A DNA stretch of 64,000 nucleotides from Marsupella aquatica (Eukaryota; Plantae; Marchantiophyta), in assembly GCA_973895155.1 (NCBI GenBank), contig OZ316896.1, forward strand, positions 10,675,525-10,739,524. Direction: 5' to 3'. Position numbers and translations under genes: made by a program. Shown one piece after another: positions 10,949 to 23,789 of the stretch (positions are counted from its first letter, which is position 1; every line of letters starts with the position of its first letter). Under the pieces are notes generated by a model. It had not been told where the DNA came from. It ran no database searches and saw nothing but the letters and a program-made list of their open reading frames with translations.

Positions 10949-13914
10949 ATGGCCGCGGTTTCAGCTGCAATTGCTGGTGCTGTTCTCGGATCCGTCGCTG
11001 AGCGGCAGACGGCTGCAACCCAGGTGTGGATCTCGATTGGAAGCCATAGCGAGCGTTCTTTGAGAGATTCGAGGACTGTCATGTGCCATTCCCCGTTTTT
11101 CCATTTCAGCTGGGTTTCTGGTGTTCGTATCTACTGGAGTAGAGGTGGTCGTTCGAGAGAAGCTTTTCTGTGGTCTGCGTGATGGAGAATGTATGGCGTT
11201 GTCATCTGTTGGAGTACGGTGTTTTGTAACATATCTTTGTTGCTACCGGTCTGCAATCTGTGTTGGTCCGTGCGTACTGTATCATAGAAATTGGGTTTCC
11301 TAGTGTCTTTTGTAGGACTATTCTGTCCTTGATATAGAAACTACGACCCGACTTGGAAGCTTCAAAGGTAGAACTGAGGTCCTGTGTATGTCTCTCGAGA
11401 TTGTGGTGGAGGTGTCCACGTAGAATGAGGAGTGCTTTGAGAGATGGCATTTGGGTCGGTAGATTTGCTGTTGGTCGGAGTTCCTGGACTCTACTTCTGG
11501 AATATGTCGTTGCAACTATGCGGGAGCTGAGGGGTCCTTGAGCTTTCCCTTGTGTTTTATTTCGTCAGCATTGATTGACTACGCGAAAAGTTCGTCTACT
11601 TTGCCGTCTTTTGTTGTACCAGTGTGTTTGGTTTAGTTCTGAAGCCTGGATGTTACCATTTCGTCTTCTGACTCTCGTAATTCTACATTCTGTGTTGCAG
11701 CCGGCTGCCACACTCAATGGATTGAGACCGTGTCCCGTGCTGAGGCAGGCTTCGGTGTCCGGCAGCAATTCTCGCATCCGGACGCGCAAGGTATGGTGTT
11801 GAAGGGCATTTTGATCGTCAATTGCTTTACCCATTTAATGATGTTTAGAATTCGATTGAATGAAACATACGGAACAAACTTTGCTTATAGAAATCCCCGT
11901 TCCACTCTCGTTTAGCACGTGAGTAATGAAGCGCGCTCTGTTGTCTGTGGGTAAAAGTTTGAATTGTGAATGAGTGATGTAGTTTCAATTAAATTAAGTG
12001 AATATATTGCTCCAGGAGTTTTTCGGAGTTATGTTGGAGTGGAATTTTCTGGACATCTTAGAAGTTTGCAAGCTGTGAAGCCCTCAATGCAGCTACTCGT
12101 ATGACGTTTGACTTTGCACATCTGTATTTGTACTTTCCTGATGGATATTTTCGCAAACTTCCGTGAGATTACCAGGAATCTTCCTTATTGTTGAATTCAT
12201 TACTTTCCTATCTTTTAAAATGTGCATCTGGTTGCCAGGTGAATCCCAGCCCCGTGTTCGGTGCCGAGGCACGCATATTCTTTTCCGGTGAGTCCTTGCC
12301 AGTCAGTTTTGCTAGGCAATCGCTCCGATCACGAGATGGCTTCAGGGCAGGAGTTGCAAGGGCACAAAGTGCCGCTACGAAGGCTAAGGTTGCTGTTCCA
12401 ATTGAAATGGAGAAATTGGAGCTGCCTTTGAACACATACAAAAATAAAGAGCCGTTTATCGGAACAATTAAATCCGTAGAGAGAATTGTGGGACCCAATG
12501 CCACCGGTGAAACTTGCCACATTGTGATCGACCACGGAGGCAAACTACCATACTGGGAAGGACAGAGTTATGGCATCATCGCCGACGTAAGCTTCTTTTG
12601 AGGCCCAAGCTATTTGCCAATAAATTTGTGTCTGAGGTTCTCATTCCTGGCATGTTTTTGTCCGGTCATCGGTACACTCTGTGCTTTGGCCATGTTTTGT
12701 GATTGTCTAATTCGAATTCCATGGCACAAGAGTCTTTGGGCATTCTAGAGCAATAGATTCAAACTCTCAACTTTTCTTTTTACACAGGGAGAAAATCCGA
12801 AGAAGCCTGGGATGCCCAATACTGTTCGGCTGTATTCAATTGCATCCACAAGGTATGGTGATGAGTTTGACGGGAAGACCGCAAGTCTTTGTGTCAGGAG
12901 AGCGGTCTACTGGGACCCAGAGCTAGGCGCTGAGGATCCAGCAAAGAAGGGAATATGTAGCAACTTTCTTTGCGATGCAAAACCCGGAGACAAAGTTCAA
13001 ATCACAGGTTTGTAAGTACTTGACATTAGGTCCAAGAAGCTCTAGCCTCGTTTTGGGCTGCTCTAAATGGCTTCATATTATGACCTGAACAATCTCGGGT
13101 GAGGTATTAGAGAGGCCAGTCATTGGATGTCTCTCTTTTGTGCACAAGTTTGGCTGCTTCAAACGCAACTCAATGTTGTCCGTATTGTTGCATCTGCTCA
13201 AATTGACTCGTATACTCAAGATGAAAAGAAAGGGGATATTCCTATGCCTGCACCTAGACTATCGTGGTGTACAGACGCTGGAGGAATTAGTATAAATTTA
13301 CTGCTATTGTATTATTAGCAGACATGCACAAGGAGTGTGGTCATCAAATCTTATTAGAATATTCTTTAGTGACACAAAATTTTGAGAGGTGCCTTCTGCC
13401 AATGATTTACGCAGGTCCATCTGGGAAGGTTTTGCTCTTGCCGGAGGAGGATAAAAGTGCCACTCATATTATGGTTGCAACTGGGACAGGGATTGCACCC
13501 TACAGAGCTTACCTTCGAAGGATGTTCATGGAGGATGTTCCGAACTATAGATTTGGGGGCCTCGCTTGGCTTTTCCTGGGTGTTGCCAACAAAGATAGTC
13601 TCCTTTATCATGATGAGTTCACTGAGTACAACGAGCAGTACCCGGACAACTTCAGATATGACATAGCACTAAGTCGTGAACAAAAGAACAAGGACGGTGG
13701 CAAGATGTATGTGCAGGACAAAATTGCGGAATACAGCGCAGAGCTATTTGACCTCCTGGATAAGGGTGCACATATCTATTTCTGTGGTCTGAAGGGAATG
13801 ATGCCAGGTATTCAGGGCACTCTTAAGAGAGTTGCGGAGGAGCAGGGTATTGTTTGGGAAGAGAAACTGTCGCAACTCAAGAAGAACAAGCAGTGGCATG
13901 TTGAGGTCTACTGA
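10949..13914 (+). CDS. RFNR: Ferredoxin-NADP+ reductase, root (heterotrophic) type, plastid-targeted; 4 exons
   Basis: Exons 10949-11023 (transit peptide [10 protein letters not shown]...), 12239-12586, 12788-13007 and 13415-13914, all GT-AG. Motifs [49 protein letters not shown] and C-terminal WHVEVY. Confidence 0.96.
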
Positions 13915-14331
13915 AATGTTAATCTTGTAACTTATTAGGGCGGAGTTTCTCATGATTGCTCTGTGGACATTCTTACTTGCTTTCCATTAGAAGCTGCACT
14001 CCATAAACTAGGTACTACCAGGCCAGATTATGTGGCATATAATTATGCCCGCGGTGGCTGACGAAGAACTTGGTATTCAGGTGACATATTTTCATTTAGT
14101 ACACCAGAAGTCATTCGTTTGTCTATAATTCATCCCTTCTCTCCATCACAGCCAGGCAACATATGTGTTTACAATCAGATGAAACTTCGAGTTTTCCTTC
14201 TCGGTTCTCCTTCAGCATAATTTACTCAATCGCTGGTGGTGACTCCTGTCTGGCTTTGCAGTTTTAGGCTAATGCCGACTCATACACTAGGTGTCAAAGC
14301 TAATGTACGGGGTAAGCCTTTGGTGAAGCCC

Positions 14332-14514
14332 AGGTTTCATATTGCGAGTAGGGCTGTTAGAAGCAGTCGATGATGTCTTCATGTCACTAAGTAGGTTTCA
14401 TATTGCGAGTAGGGCTGTTAGAAGCAGTCGATGATGTCTTCATGTCACTAAGTAGGTTTCATATTGCGAGTAGGGCTGTTAGAAGCAGTCGATGATGTCT
14501 TCATGTGACTAAGT
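14332..14514. repeat. Tandem repeat, 3 x 61 bp, nearly perfect
   Basis: Unit AGGTTTCATATTGCGAGTAGGGCTGTTAGAAGCAGTCGATGATGTCTTCATGTCACTAAGT starts at 14332, 14393 and 14454; one substitution in the third copy. Confidence 0.95.
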
Positions 14515-15380
14515 ATAATGCAACCTGTTTTTAAGTCTAGACCCTGAAGTTTCTTTCACTATGAAGTTCCCAGCAAAAGACAGGATGTATGTGGTGGCAG
14601 CACTGTTTCTGAAGTAGGTCTTCGTTGTGTCGAATAAAAGGGGGGAGGTGGGAGGTTTGTCAACAAAGCAGTTCTACAGTGGATGCCTGCCTGAAGTTTG
14701 TGATAGAAGAAGCTGAGCTGTCAAATTCTGGAACGATTTTCCTGAGTAGGTTTTGGGAATCTGCTCCAGAAACTACCAGGTAGACATGTGAGTAGCCCAG
14801 GCACGGTAGAACGGTCCATTGAAACCAATTGATTAGGTGTGTGGGGATGGTCTGGGGTTGCTGTCGGTCAGTGGCCACAATTTGTTGGCTTTGTCTGTCA
14901 GCATGGAAATGTGTCAACAAGTTACTCGTTTCAATAGCAGGAAACTCCATGGAAAAAACTGCTATCGAGACTTTGCTGCTTCTACTTGGAATGTAACAGT
15001 GGATTGAGCACAGCGTGCACTTGTTTCAGATTTTAGCCTCTCCCAACAGTTTTTGTTGTTTTATGTCCTTGTGTGAAAAGTCTGGCAGATTCATTGACAT
15101 AAATTGATCACATCCAATCACCTTCAGTTCTGTTTTTGATCTGGAGTCTGTCTTGAAAATAAGAAGTGGCCGTACTGTTTGTTTTGGTGAGAAAAACTCA
15201 CAAGTGCCCCCTGACCTCTCCTAAAGCCACCCTAATGTCTAAGAGTGGAAAGGGTCTGATCCACTTCTTCGAAATCTCCTTATTTACATACATCTCCTTC
15301 TCTCCTCTGTTCTGAAGATGGTTCGTGATAGGTCTGCTCACAAATCGTATGTTGGAAACCGATGACCTGACCCAGCTTCT

Positions 15381-15570
15381 GTCTTTGTTGTGAATCTTCA
15401 CTTCTGGACATGGTTGAGTGAAGGAACAGGTATTGAAGCTGTTTGGTCCCTGCTCTGCCCTGAACTGATGACAGCTTGTGTCTTTGTTGCAAATCTTCAG
15501 TCTTGGACATGGTTGAGTGAAGGAAACAGGTATTGAAGCTGTTCGGTCCTGCTCTGCCCTGAACTGATAA
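15381..15570. repeat. Tandem duplication, ~99-bp unit x2
   Basis: GTCTTTGTTG...GGACATGGTTGAGTGAAGGAA.CAGGTATTGAAGCTGTT.GGTCC.TGCTCTGCCCTGAACTGAT occurs twice. Confidence 0.85.
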
Positions 15571-15809
15571 CTTGATCGCCCTCCTGTCCTTGGTAGAGCT
15601 TTGCTCCAAGTACTATTAATACCTCTTGGTCGCCCACAACTTCCTGAAAAACAACTTTGTCTTGTGATATTTTTATGTCACAATCTTATTACACATTTTA
15701 AATTATTCCACTTGGTCCACATCGAAATGTATTTGTGCACATTGATGGTTACTCTGCAAAACAACGCAAACATGATGCAAGACTTGGGGTTTTCTTCGTG
15801 TGCAGTTGA

Positions 15810-16190
15810 GCTGCTTGCTCAAAGGGGATTTGCCTTAAATAAGAAAAGATATATGGGCAAGGCAAAGGGAAGGGTTAACAATACTCAATTGGCTTGCTCA
15901 GGGGTGGTTTCCCTTAAACAAAAGGGGATATATGGGCAAGGTAGAGGGAAGGCGTAGCAATAATTGACCTGGCAGGTATACATTGGGAGGCTTGCCTAAA
16001 GGCGATTTCCCTCATCAAAAAACATATAAGGTCAAGGTCGGCTAGCAATCCTCAACTGGCTTGCTCAAAGGTACAGTACTTAATTTCCCTTAGAAAAAAG
16101 GGTATAGGACCAAGGTAAACGGAACATTTAGCAATACTTGGGCTGACAAATAATCATTGACAGGCTTGCCCTAAGGCAATTTATCACTTT
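15810..16190. repeat. Degenerate minisatellite, ~75-90-bp unit, about 4-5 copies
   Basis: Recurring GCTTGCTCAAAGG...TTTCCCTTA.AAAAA..GATATATGGGCAAGG.A.AGGGAAG...AGCAATACT motif. Confidence 0.65.
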
Positions 16191-16199
16191 ATCAGAGGC

Positions 16200-16712
16200 T
16201 ACGTCCATGGGAACACACAAAAGAACTTTACTAAATTCTAAGGCCATTTGCCCATATTGAGTCTCCATCGGGATCTCCACAGACTAAGTTCTTCATATCT
16301 CCCAACTGGCTCCGTACCAATGAGCCTAAGTTCCATTTACTAGCTAAGCCCTACTAGTGTATATAGTAGTGACATATCTAACCTTAGCCAAGCACATGAC
16401 TACGATTAAACTAACTGCGGTTACATAATAACTCTAGACCTCAGTAAATGCCTAACCGAGATAAGTGGTTTACCTCTCAAGTGACAACATCCACGTGAAC
16501 ACACAAGAGAGCTTTATTAAACTCTAGATTGCCGGCCATACTGAGTTTCCAGAGACTAGACTCTCCAAGTTGAGTTTGACACCATGAACATAAGACAATT
16601 CCACTCACTAGCCAAATCATGCTAGTGAATAGTAGTGACACATCTAATCCTAATCAAGTACCTGAGTACATTTAGACTAACTACTATTACACAATGACTC
16701 TAGACCCAATCT
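16200..16712. repeat. Two tandem copies of a ~230-250-bp dispersed repeat; third copy at ~22170-22390
   Basis: Shared CATCCA.G.GAACACAC...AACTTTACT.AA.TCTA...CCATATTGAGT.TCCA...GCTAGTGAATA...AGTGACA.ATCTAA.CTTA..CAAG.AC.TGA.TAC...AACTCTAGACC. Confidence 0.75.
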
Positions 16713-16849
16713 AGACCCACAAGAAAATGCCTAGCATTGAGAGGGTGAGGGCACAGGGGAGCACAACATGGGCAGCAGCATGTGCGGTTGCGGGGTGCTG
16801 TGGGGCCCCCCTCTCCCCTCCTTTCCTCCCCGTGCAAGATGGCATGCAG

Positions 16850-18810
16850 GCACAGCGCACAAAGGCAGGCAAGGTGCAAAGGGTTTGGGGGGGGGGGGGG
16901 GTTTATGGACGGATACTGGAAAAGCAGGTTGTCATTGCTTCCCCCAGGAAATGCAATTTGTAAACTAATTATGCTGTTTTGTGAATGGAATTCAAAAAGA
17001 TCTTTGAAGGCAAAAATTTGTAAACTAATAATAGACTAGGAGAATGGGATCTGTGCCTATTACATTACAACATTGTGTAGATTTGTGCTAGGGACAGGAC
17101 AATGTCAATGGAAGCTCAGGGCAGTACGCCAGTATTAACAACGACTCTTGTAGCTTAATTACTGTGACAGTCACAAATGGACAATGCATGGATGTCACAA
17201 TCGTCAACAGACTTGAACAGTCATCGGCTCATCATTATGTTCTCCGTGAACCTCCTTCCACAATTCTCTGTAGTACTCTACCGACGGTCGTTTGTGAAAT
17301 ACTTTTCAACCACGCATTGACTTGCCACCTACTTTAATACGACACTGAATGGACACTGGAGTTTTAATAGCTAGCCATTGGAGCCCATAATTCAAGCAAA
17401 TCAATGCCCATCTATTCGAGCATTGTTGATAAAATGTCATTCCAGGAGAACAAATAGCACTTAATTGGAAGCTGGGATGAGATTTTCCCTAGTTTTAGTG
17501 CTCCAAGAATGATGATTTAGGATGCTCCGATAATTGAATGGAAAGAAACGGGAAAAATAAAAAATAAAGGCCATCTCAATTGTGCACTTGATATCTGGAT
17601 CCGATGTGATCTATGGTGCTCTCGATTAAAGCAATGAAGCCCTGTAAGCTTTGTGGAATTGTGGCACCGGCTTTTAAAATATTACATGAGCTGAATTCTA
17701 TTGGCAACAAATTTTCATTCCAGGAGAACAAACAAGACTAATTTGACGTTTGGATGAGATGTTTTGCAGTTGTGGAGCTCTAAGAAGGATGGATACAGGG
17801 TGCTCCGATAATTGAATGGACCAAAAGGAAAAAGAAAAGCCATCTCATTTGTGCACTTGCGATCTGGATCCGACGTGATCTATGGTACAAGCTATCCATT
17901 AGAGCATTGAAGAACGTACTGTAATCTATTGTGTATTTGTGGCATTGGCTTTTAGAATATTCAAAGCGCCAAAACTTTTTTGACAATAAAATCTCATTCC
18001 ACGAGGACAGATAGCAATCTTCAGTAGCTAAATACTGGGCGACCTTCTGCCCACGCCAAATCGCAGAGGGATACCGGGCATGATTGTGCACCGCGACGTC
18101 CCTTTGTTTTTTCCCGTTAAGTTGGGGGATTTAGAGTGCCCGGAGAACAAGTACATGTGGCGATGAGCATTTGGTGATGCCCAAGTCACATGCGGGCTTT
18201 CCCCCAATTTTTCCCCAATGCAAATTTTTTGAGAATCTCAGAGCAAGAGAAGCTGCAGGATTCTTTAATGAAGCTAGTTGGATTCCTGAGAGCTGAGCTG
18301 AGAATGTAGAGAAGCGAGATACCCAACATTGGATGCAGTACTGTTTAATGAAGCTCGTTGGATTCCTGAGAGCTGAGCTGAGAATGTAGAGAAGCGAGGT
18401 ACACAACATTGGATGCAAGATTCTTTAATGGAGCTCATTGGATTCCTGAGAGCTAAGCTGAGAATGTAGAAAAGCGAGATACGCAACATTGGATTGATTT
18501 AGTCTCTCAAGCTGCGAACATTACAAATCCTCAATGGGATGAGATTTTCCCAATTTTGGCGCTCCAAGAATGATGGATTCAGGGTGTTCCGATAATTGAA
18601 TGGAACAAAAAGGGGGGAAAAAAACAATGTCAATTGTGCAACTGAAATCTGGATCCGAAGTGATCGATAAAACAAGCATCCCACGGTACCTTCAAATCGA
18701 AACCAATAGCCGAAGTATCTTATAAACCAACAGACTACTCTCATAAAGGGGGAAGGAGCTCTAGACACAACTACAACAAGCTTGACAGATATACTGACTC
18801 AATACGGTTG
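16850..18810 (+). repeat. Rearranged duplicate of the nsLTP upstream region (25670-26650)
   Basis: Long colinear matches, e.g. GGGACAGGACAATGTCAATGGAAGCTC.GGGCAGTACGCCA.TATTAACAACGACT.....GCT.AATTACTGTGACAGTCACAAATGG at ~17091 and ~25849, and GTACCTTCAAATCGAAACCAATAGCC.AAGTATCTTATAAAC at ~18686 and ~26536. Contains internal ~270-bp sub-duplications. Confidence 0.85.
18255..18495. repeat. Tandem repeat, ~79-bp unit x3
   Basis: TTTAATGAAGCT.GTTGGATTCCTGAGAGCTGAGCTGAGAATGTAGAGAAGCGAG.TAC.CAACATTGGATGCA is repeated three times. Confidence 0.9.
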
Positions 18811-19825
18811 TATTTATATAAATAAAATAAAGGTCTTTCTTTTAAAATATTTGAAACAAACTTTTAATGTACAAACTACATGCAGCCGTCCAGTTTGACT
18901 CGGCTTCATCACAAATATCTAACAATTTTTGCTTAGTGAAATCACAATGAACTGTTTTGTTTTCTCAGATATAACAATCTAATATTTTGAAATATCCATC
19001 AACTTTCACTAATGGTATGAAAACTACTTTTAATACTTGACGAATTAATGACATTTTGGCATCTTTGTTGCCCATGGGATGACCTAGTGAAATCTTTACA
19101 CAAAGTTTGAAAGTTGAGAATACGAATGGAAGAAATGACCAATCAATATGCATTTAGGACTTTTTTACTTGTTCAGGTCAAAAGATTATTCCAGACCTGG
19201 CTAGAAAGCAAATCTGGAAAGTTAGCTCGTCACAAAATAACTATTGCTTTGAATATTGCATATGCTGGTAATGGAGCCTGTGTAGTGAGAGATTTTGTTA
19301 CGGAGGCTTCAAACTCTGTATAAAGAGATTTCAATAGGTCATCCCATAGACGATAAAGATACCAAAATGTCATTAATTTATAAAGTGTTAGAAGTAATTT
19401 TCATATCATTAGTGAAAACTGAATCAATATTTCGAAATATTATATTGTTATATCTAAGCAAACAAAATAGTTCATTGTGATTTCACTAAAAAAAAATTAT
19501 TAAATATTTATAATGAAACCGAGTCAAACTGGACGGCTGCAGGTAATTTGTACATTAAAAAGTTTGATTTCGATATTTTAAAAAAAATATCTTAATTTTG
19601 TTTATATAAATACATCCATATTGAGTCAATACATCTGTCAAACTTGCTATAGTTATGTCTAGAGCTTATTTCCCCCTATGAGAGTAGTAGTTATGTCTAG
19701 AGCTCCTTCCCCCTTATGAGAGTCTGTAGTTATGTCTAGAGCTCATTTCCCCTTATGAGACTAGTAGTTATGTCTAGAGCTCCTTCCCCCTTATGAGAGT
19801 AGTCTGCTAATTTATAAGATATTTC
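18712..19825. repeat. Long inverted repeat (foldback): arms ~18712-19112 and ~19307-19825, ~195-bp spacer
   Basis: Examples: TGCAGCCGTCCAGTTTGACTCGG vs CCGAGTCAAACTGGACGGCTGCA, and TAGTGAAATCACAATGAACT vs AGTTCATTGTGATTTCACTA. The right arm carries a 4x ~39-bp expansion (TAGTTATGTCTAGAGCTC.TTCCCCCTTATGAGAG, ~19648-19805). Confidence 0.92.
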
Positions 19826-19841
19826 CAAACTTCACTTCTTC

Positions 19842-20000
19842 CCTCACTTCAGCTCTTCCTTCCCCGGTCTCTTCCTAAGTTCGGAACTTTTGACTAAAGA
19901 AAAAAAAGTCCCTCACCCCAACCTCAGCTCTTCCTTCGCCAGTCTCTTCCTAAGTTGAACTTTTGACTGAAGAAAAAAAAGTCCCTCACCCCAATCTCAG
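19842..20000. repeat. Tandem ~72-bp duplication; partial third copy near 20485-20525
   Basis: CAGCTCTTCCTTC.CC.GTCTCTTCCTAAGTT...AACTTTTGACT.AAGAAAAAAAAGTCCCTCACCCCAA occurs twice. Confidence 0.8.
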
Positions 20001-22718
20001 CTTCAGCGTCCTACCATCGCCAACAAAAGTGCTTCCGATATGGAGTTGGGACGACTTCAAAATACCATCAAACATTCGATCCCCATACTAAGGGACAACC
20101 ATATCCTCCAGCAAAGGCAGGGCCGTTGTCACTCGCCTCTCTTCCAGATGAAACCGACGCGATCTGAATGGGTGACCCAATCTGCTCTAGGTCCAACCAA
20201 GGATGTCGGTGATGTGGGTTCACTTCGCAAGATCAGCCGGATTGATGCTGAGCGAGTACCGGCACTGCAATCGATGAAGAGAGACAGTGGGTGAGTTCAG
20301 TTCGCAAGATCAGCCGGATAGATGTCGAGCGAGTATTGGCACTGCAACAGACTCGATGAAGAGACAGAAAAAGTTCACGACAACACAAAAAACACACACC
20401 GTATGATTTCAAAAAACCCACAACGCAACATAAACCATAATAATCACCTGGCGCTCTTCCTTCACCCTTCTCTTCCGCTTTTGCAACTTTTGACTGAAGA
20501 AGAAAAAGTCCCCCTCCCCAACCTTGGCTTGCAAGGCCGGGCGGCTCAGGAACGCCCTTCAGATGTGGTGCGAGGCGGCACTGTGTGCATTCTCTCAGGA
20601 GTGGATGGTGTAGGAAGAGTTCCTTTACAAACTATTAGACCCGCAACCTGCGCATCATTTTGTGTCAGCACCAATGCCACACGCGAATCTTCTTCGAGCT
20701 TCTATTATTTGTCGCGATTTAATCCATGGCAGCACTGGCGCTGGGCAGGTGATTAAGCCAGGCCGTAAGGCCGTTGCAGCTCACGCCGCTGTCTTAGTCT
20801 AACGTACTGGGTACAATGGTACATTGAGCTTGGCCCGCCAGTTGCGGCTCCGGCTCCGGCTGCGTCAAGTACAGTACCTGCACACGGGTACATAACACCA
20901 GTAAAAACACCTCCAGTTTTCAACGTTAATTGGGTTCCAGGCTCGCCAATAGATTGTCCTACAATAATACCCCACATAAAGCTCGATCCAAGCCGTCAAC
21001 ACAAAAACATTGGCGACTCAGATCTATCCGGTTAAATCTCGCAGCCCCTGAGATATCCAATCTCAAATTTATTTGGGAGGATAGGGCACAGTTTGACCAA
21101 AAAAATGGCAGAATGATTGGCTCAACTACCGTATCTAACTGAAATAAAGTGTGAGAAACTCAACATCTAAAAATTTATATGGGAGGATAAAGTAGTAGAG
21201 AATAATATGGCACAGATTGACAAAAGATATCCTAGAGGAATAGAAAACAGACTCAAGACGGACAAAGGGCAAAGTACACCTCCTGAAGGAAAGAGAATAA
21301 CCTTAAAGATCTATCACTTGATTGTTCTTTTATAATGACATGCTGGTTGGTCATGGACCTGGCAATGATATGCATCAATAATAAGGAATTGCAAGACTGC
21401 TATGAGCAAAAATGGCTTTGGAACATCCAATTTAGGTGGGGAGACCTCCTTTTCTTTGGATGGGTGGAAGACAATGAATATTATTGGGATCTGAGACTTG
21501 GTGAGTAGGAGACATCTGGCCACGGTGGAGATTGGCAGTCTGGGGAGAATGGAGTGTGCCTGTTGCCCAGTTTCTTTCCTGGCTGTTTCCTGATTGGATG
21601 GCTGCTATTGGATGCATGGTGGTTGCTTTTGGTTGCATGGAATTACTTGGCGTAGTTTTCTGGTTGGTCCTCCTCAATCTGGGGAGCCTCCTTCCCTTTT
21701 ATTCCGCCCCTCCTCTTTGGCAGTTTGGGTTGGTGGTTCCCATCTATATCTCTATGGGGGTGCTCCTTCTCCTGGCCCCCCCTTAATTGCTCGTTTTTTT
21801 CACTCTGCCTCCTTCCTCCAGGCAGTTTTCTTTGGTTTTCCCTTGCCTTCCTTGTTGTTGTGCCCTCGGGCTTCCTTGTGGAATAAAGTTTCGGGGCTTA
21901 GCCCTTATAATTTTATTTTTTTAAAAGTATAGGCCATTGCTTAAAAAAATAAAAAATAAAAAATAAAATAGGTGGGGAGACCAAAAAACAGTTTTTGGTT
22001 TCCAATGCATTCTTTATTTTCAAGAAAAGTGCAATTATAATATATTCCAAGGATAAAAGCGCCATATAGGAACAATTGACAGCTACTCAAAACATGCACA
22101 TGTGCAACATCTAACAAGTAGATTAGAAGTCGACACAAGAGACATAATTATGGTTCACCTCTCCTGAGATTACATCCATGGGTTCAACACACTAGAGAAC
22201 TTTACTGAACTCTAAGCTCATCAACCATATTGAGTTTCCATAGACTAAGTTCTACCTCTCTCATAGATGGCTCTGTAACAATAAGCCTGAATTTCACTTA
22301 CTAACTAAATCTTGCTAGTGAATATAATAGTGGCACATATAACCTTAACCAAGTACCTGACTACAACTACATAATAACTCTAGACCCAAGAGTAAATGCC
22401 TAACAAAAGGATCCCAAAGACAAGAAACCATATAAAGTAAAGAAAACAAAAGGAAAAATCAGGGAAGGCGGAACAGCTAAAAAGCCCAAAAGTCTCAGAC
22501 AATGGTCTGAAAAGAACAAGAATTAGAGCCCTTAGAATCAATCAACCAGAAAGCTTGGAAGAGCTCCAGCATAACCGCATAGGAAGGTCACAAAGACAAA
22601 TTTAGAGGAATTTGACTAGAAGCCCCAAAACCAACCACCTTTCCGAGGAGGATAGTGAATGCATGAGCTCTCTTTAAGCAATTCAACAAAGAGAATTTTA
22701 CACAAAGAAAAAGGAACC

Positions 22719-23243
22719 TGTCGTGGATTGCAATTGACAACTTTGACTACCTTGGCAAGAAAGTAGTCAAGATGTCACGGTGATCCTGAGTATTGGCATA
22801 ACCTCTGTTAGGTTTCAGGTCATCAAGTTACGAAGGAAACCGGTTTGATAATGTAATTGAAACCGGCTGCAAACGGTAAGGAGATAGTTTACAGGTCACA
22901 TTTCAATCAAAAGTGTAAACAATGTTATCTGAGTCATGTTAAGGATTTCTCTTAGTCTTGAGACTCATAGGTTACGGAAATTAAGTTAACCATAGTTAGA
23001 GACTTAGTTGAGGTTAGGTTAGTCGTGTGTGACCTTGTATATACCAGGTCTAGTGTAAGCCACTGGCGTAAGGTGCTTGCTCATTGTAACGGAGCAACTT
23101 GAGGAAGAGAGAGAGCTTGTGTGTTCGACTCCTCTGAAGTAAAGTTGGAGTGTTTGTGTGGACGTAGCCTTGGAGAAGAGGTGAACCACGTATTTGATTG
23201 TGTCGACTACGTGAGCATGAGATGAGTCATGGTCGTATCGTCA
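22719..23243 (+). mobile_element. Probable Ty1/copia solo LTR (boundaries approximate)
   Basis: TATA-like GTATATA at ~23037, followed by the copia LTR stem motif GTGGACGTAGCC...GGTGAACCACGTA (23158-23192). TG...CA ends are possible, but no clean TSD was found. Confidence 0.5.
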
Positions 23244-23789
23244 AGAATGACGTCTCAGTATGAATGTTCTAAGCAAGTCCAGCTAGCTTTGCCAGTCCAT
23301 CTGGGTTTCATGGACAAAGTGGAGTTCCATCCAGGCTTTAGTGTATTCTGTCCTAGTTAGCTTGGCTTTAATTTGTTTGTATAATTTGTCATTCACATCT
23401 CACAATTTCTATCCTAGTTGGCTTGGCTTCTCTCCAGAGTATCAGTCTTTGTTTTTATTAGAGAGTCTCAAATTTATGAGTTATTCTCACCTTGCCGGAC
23501 AGTTTCTTTTCCCCTTTACTGGGTCTCTTGTGTGTTTGCTATCACGTGCTCTTTTTATTTGTGCTCTTTTTATTAGGTCTATTGTGTATTGGCATCACGT
23601 GCTCTTCTATGGTCTTTGAGAGGGCCTTTAGTTCTTTTGATATTGCTGGAGACTAATGAGTTTTTTTTGGCTCTTTGGTCTTCCTCATTTTTTTTTCTCC
23701 CCTTTAATGGGCCTCTTGTGTTTGAGATCCCATGCCCTTTTATGGTCTTTGAAATATAATAGAGGAACAAGTTTGTGTCAGATTGTACC

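Noticed and set aside
14332-14514. CRISPR-like regular repeat
   Set aside because: Units are contiguous with no unique spacers, the context is eukaryotic and there are no cas genes; it is a plain tandem repeat. The same applies to 18255-18495 and 44071-44350.
20322-21035. GC-richer stretch with ORFs on both strands as a possible foreign or novel gene
   Set aside because: No recognisable domain, interrupted frames and no convincing splice structure; cannot be supported.
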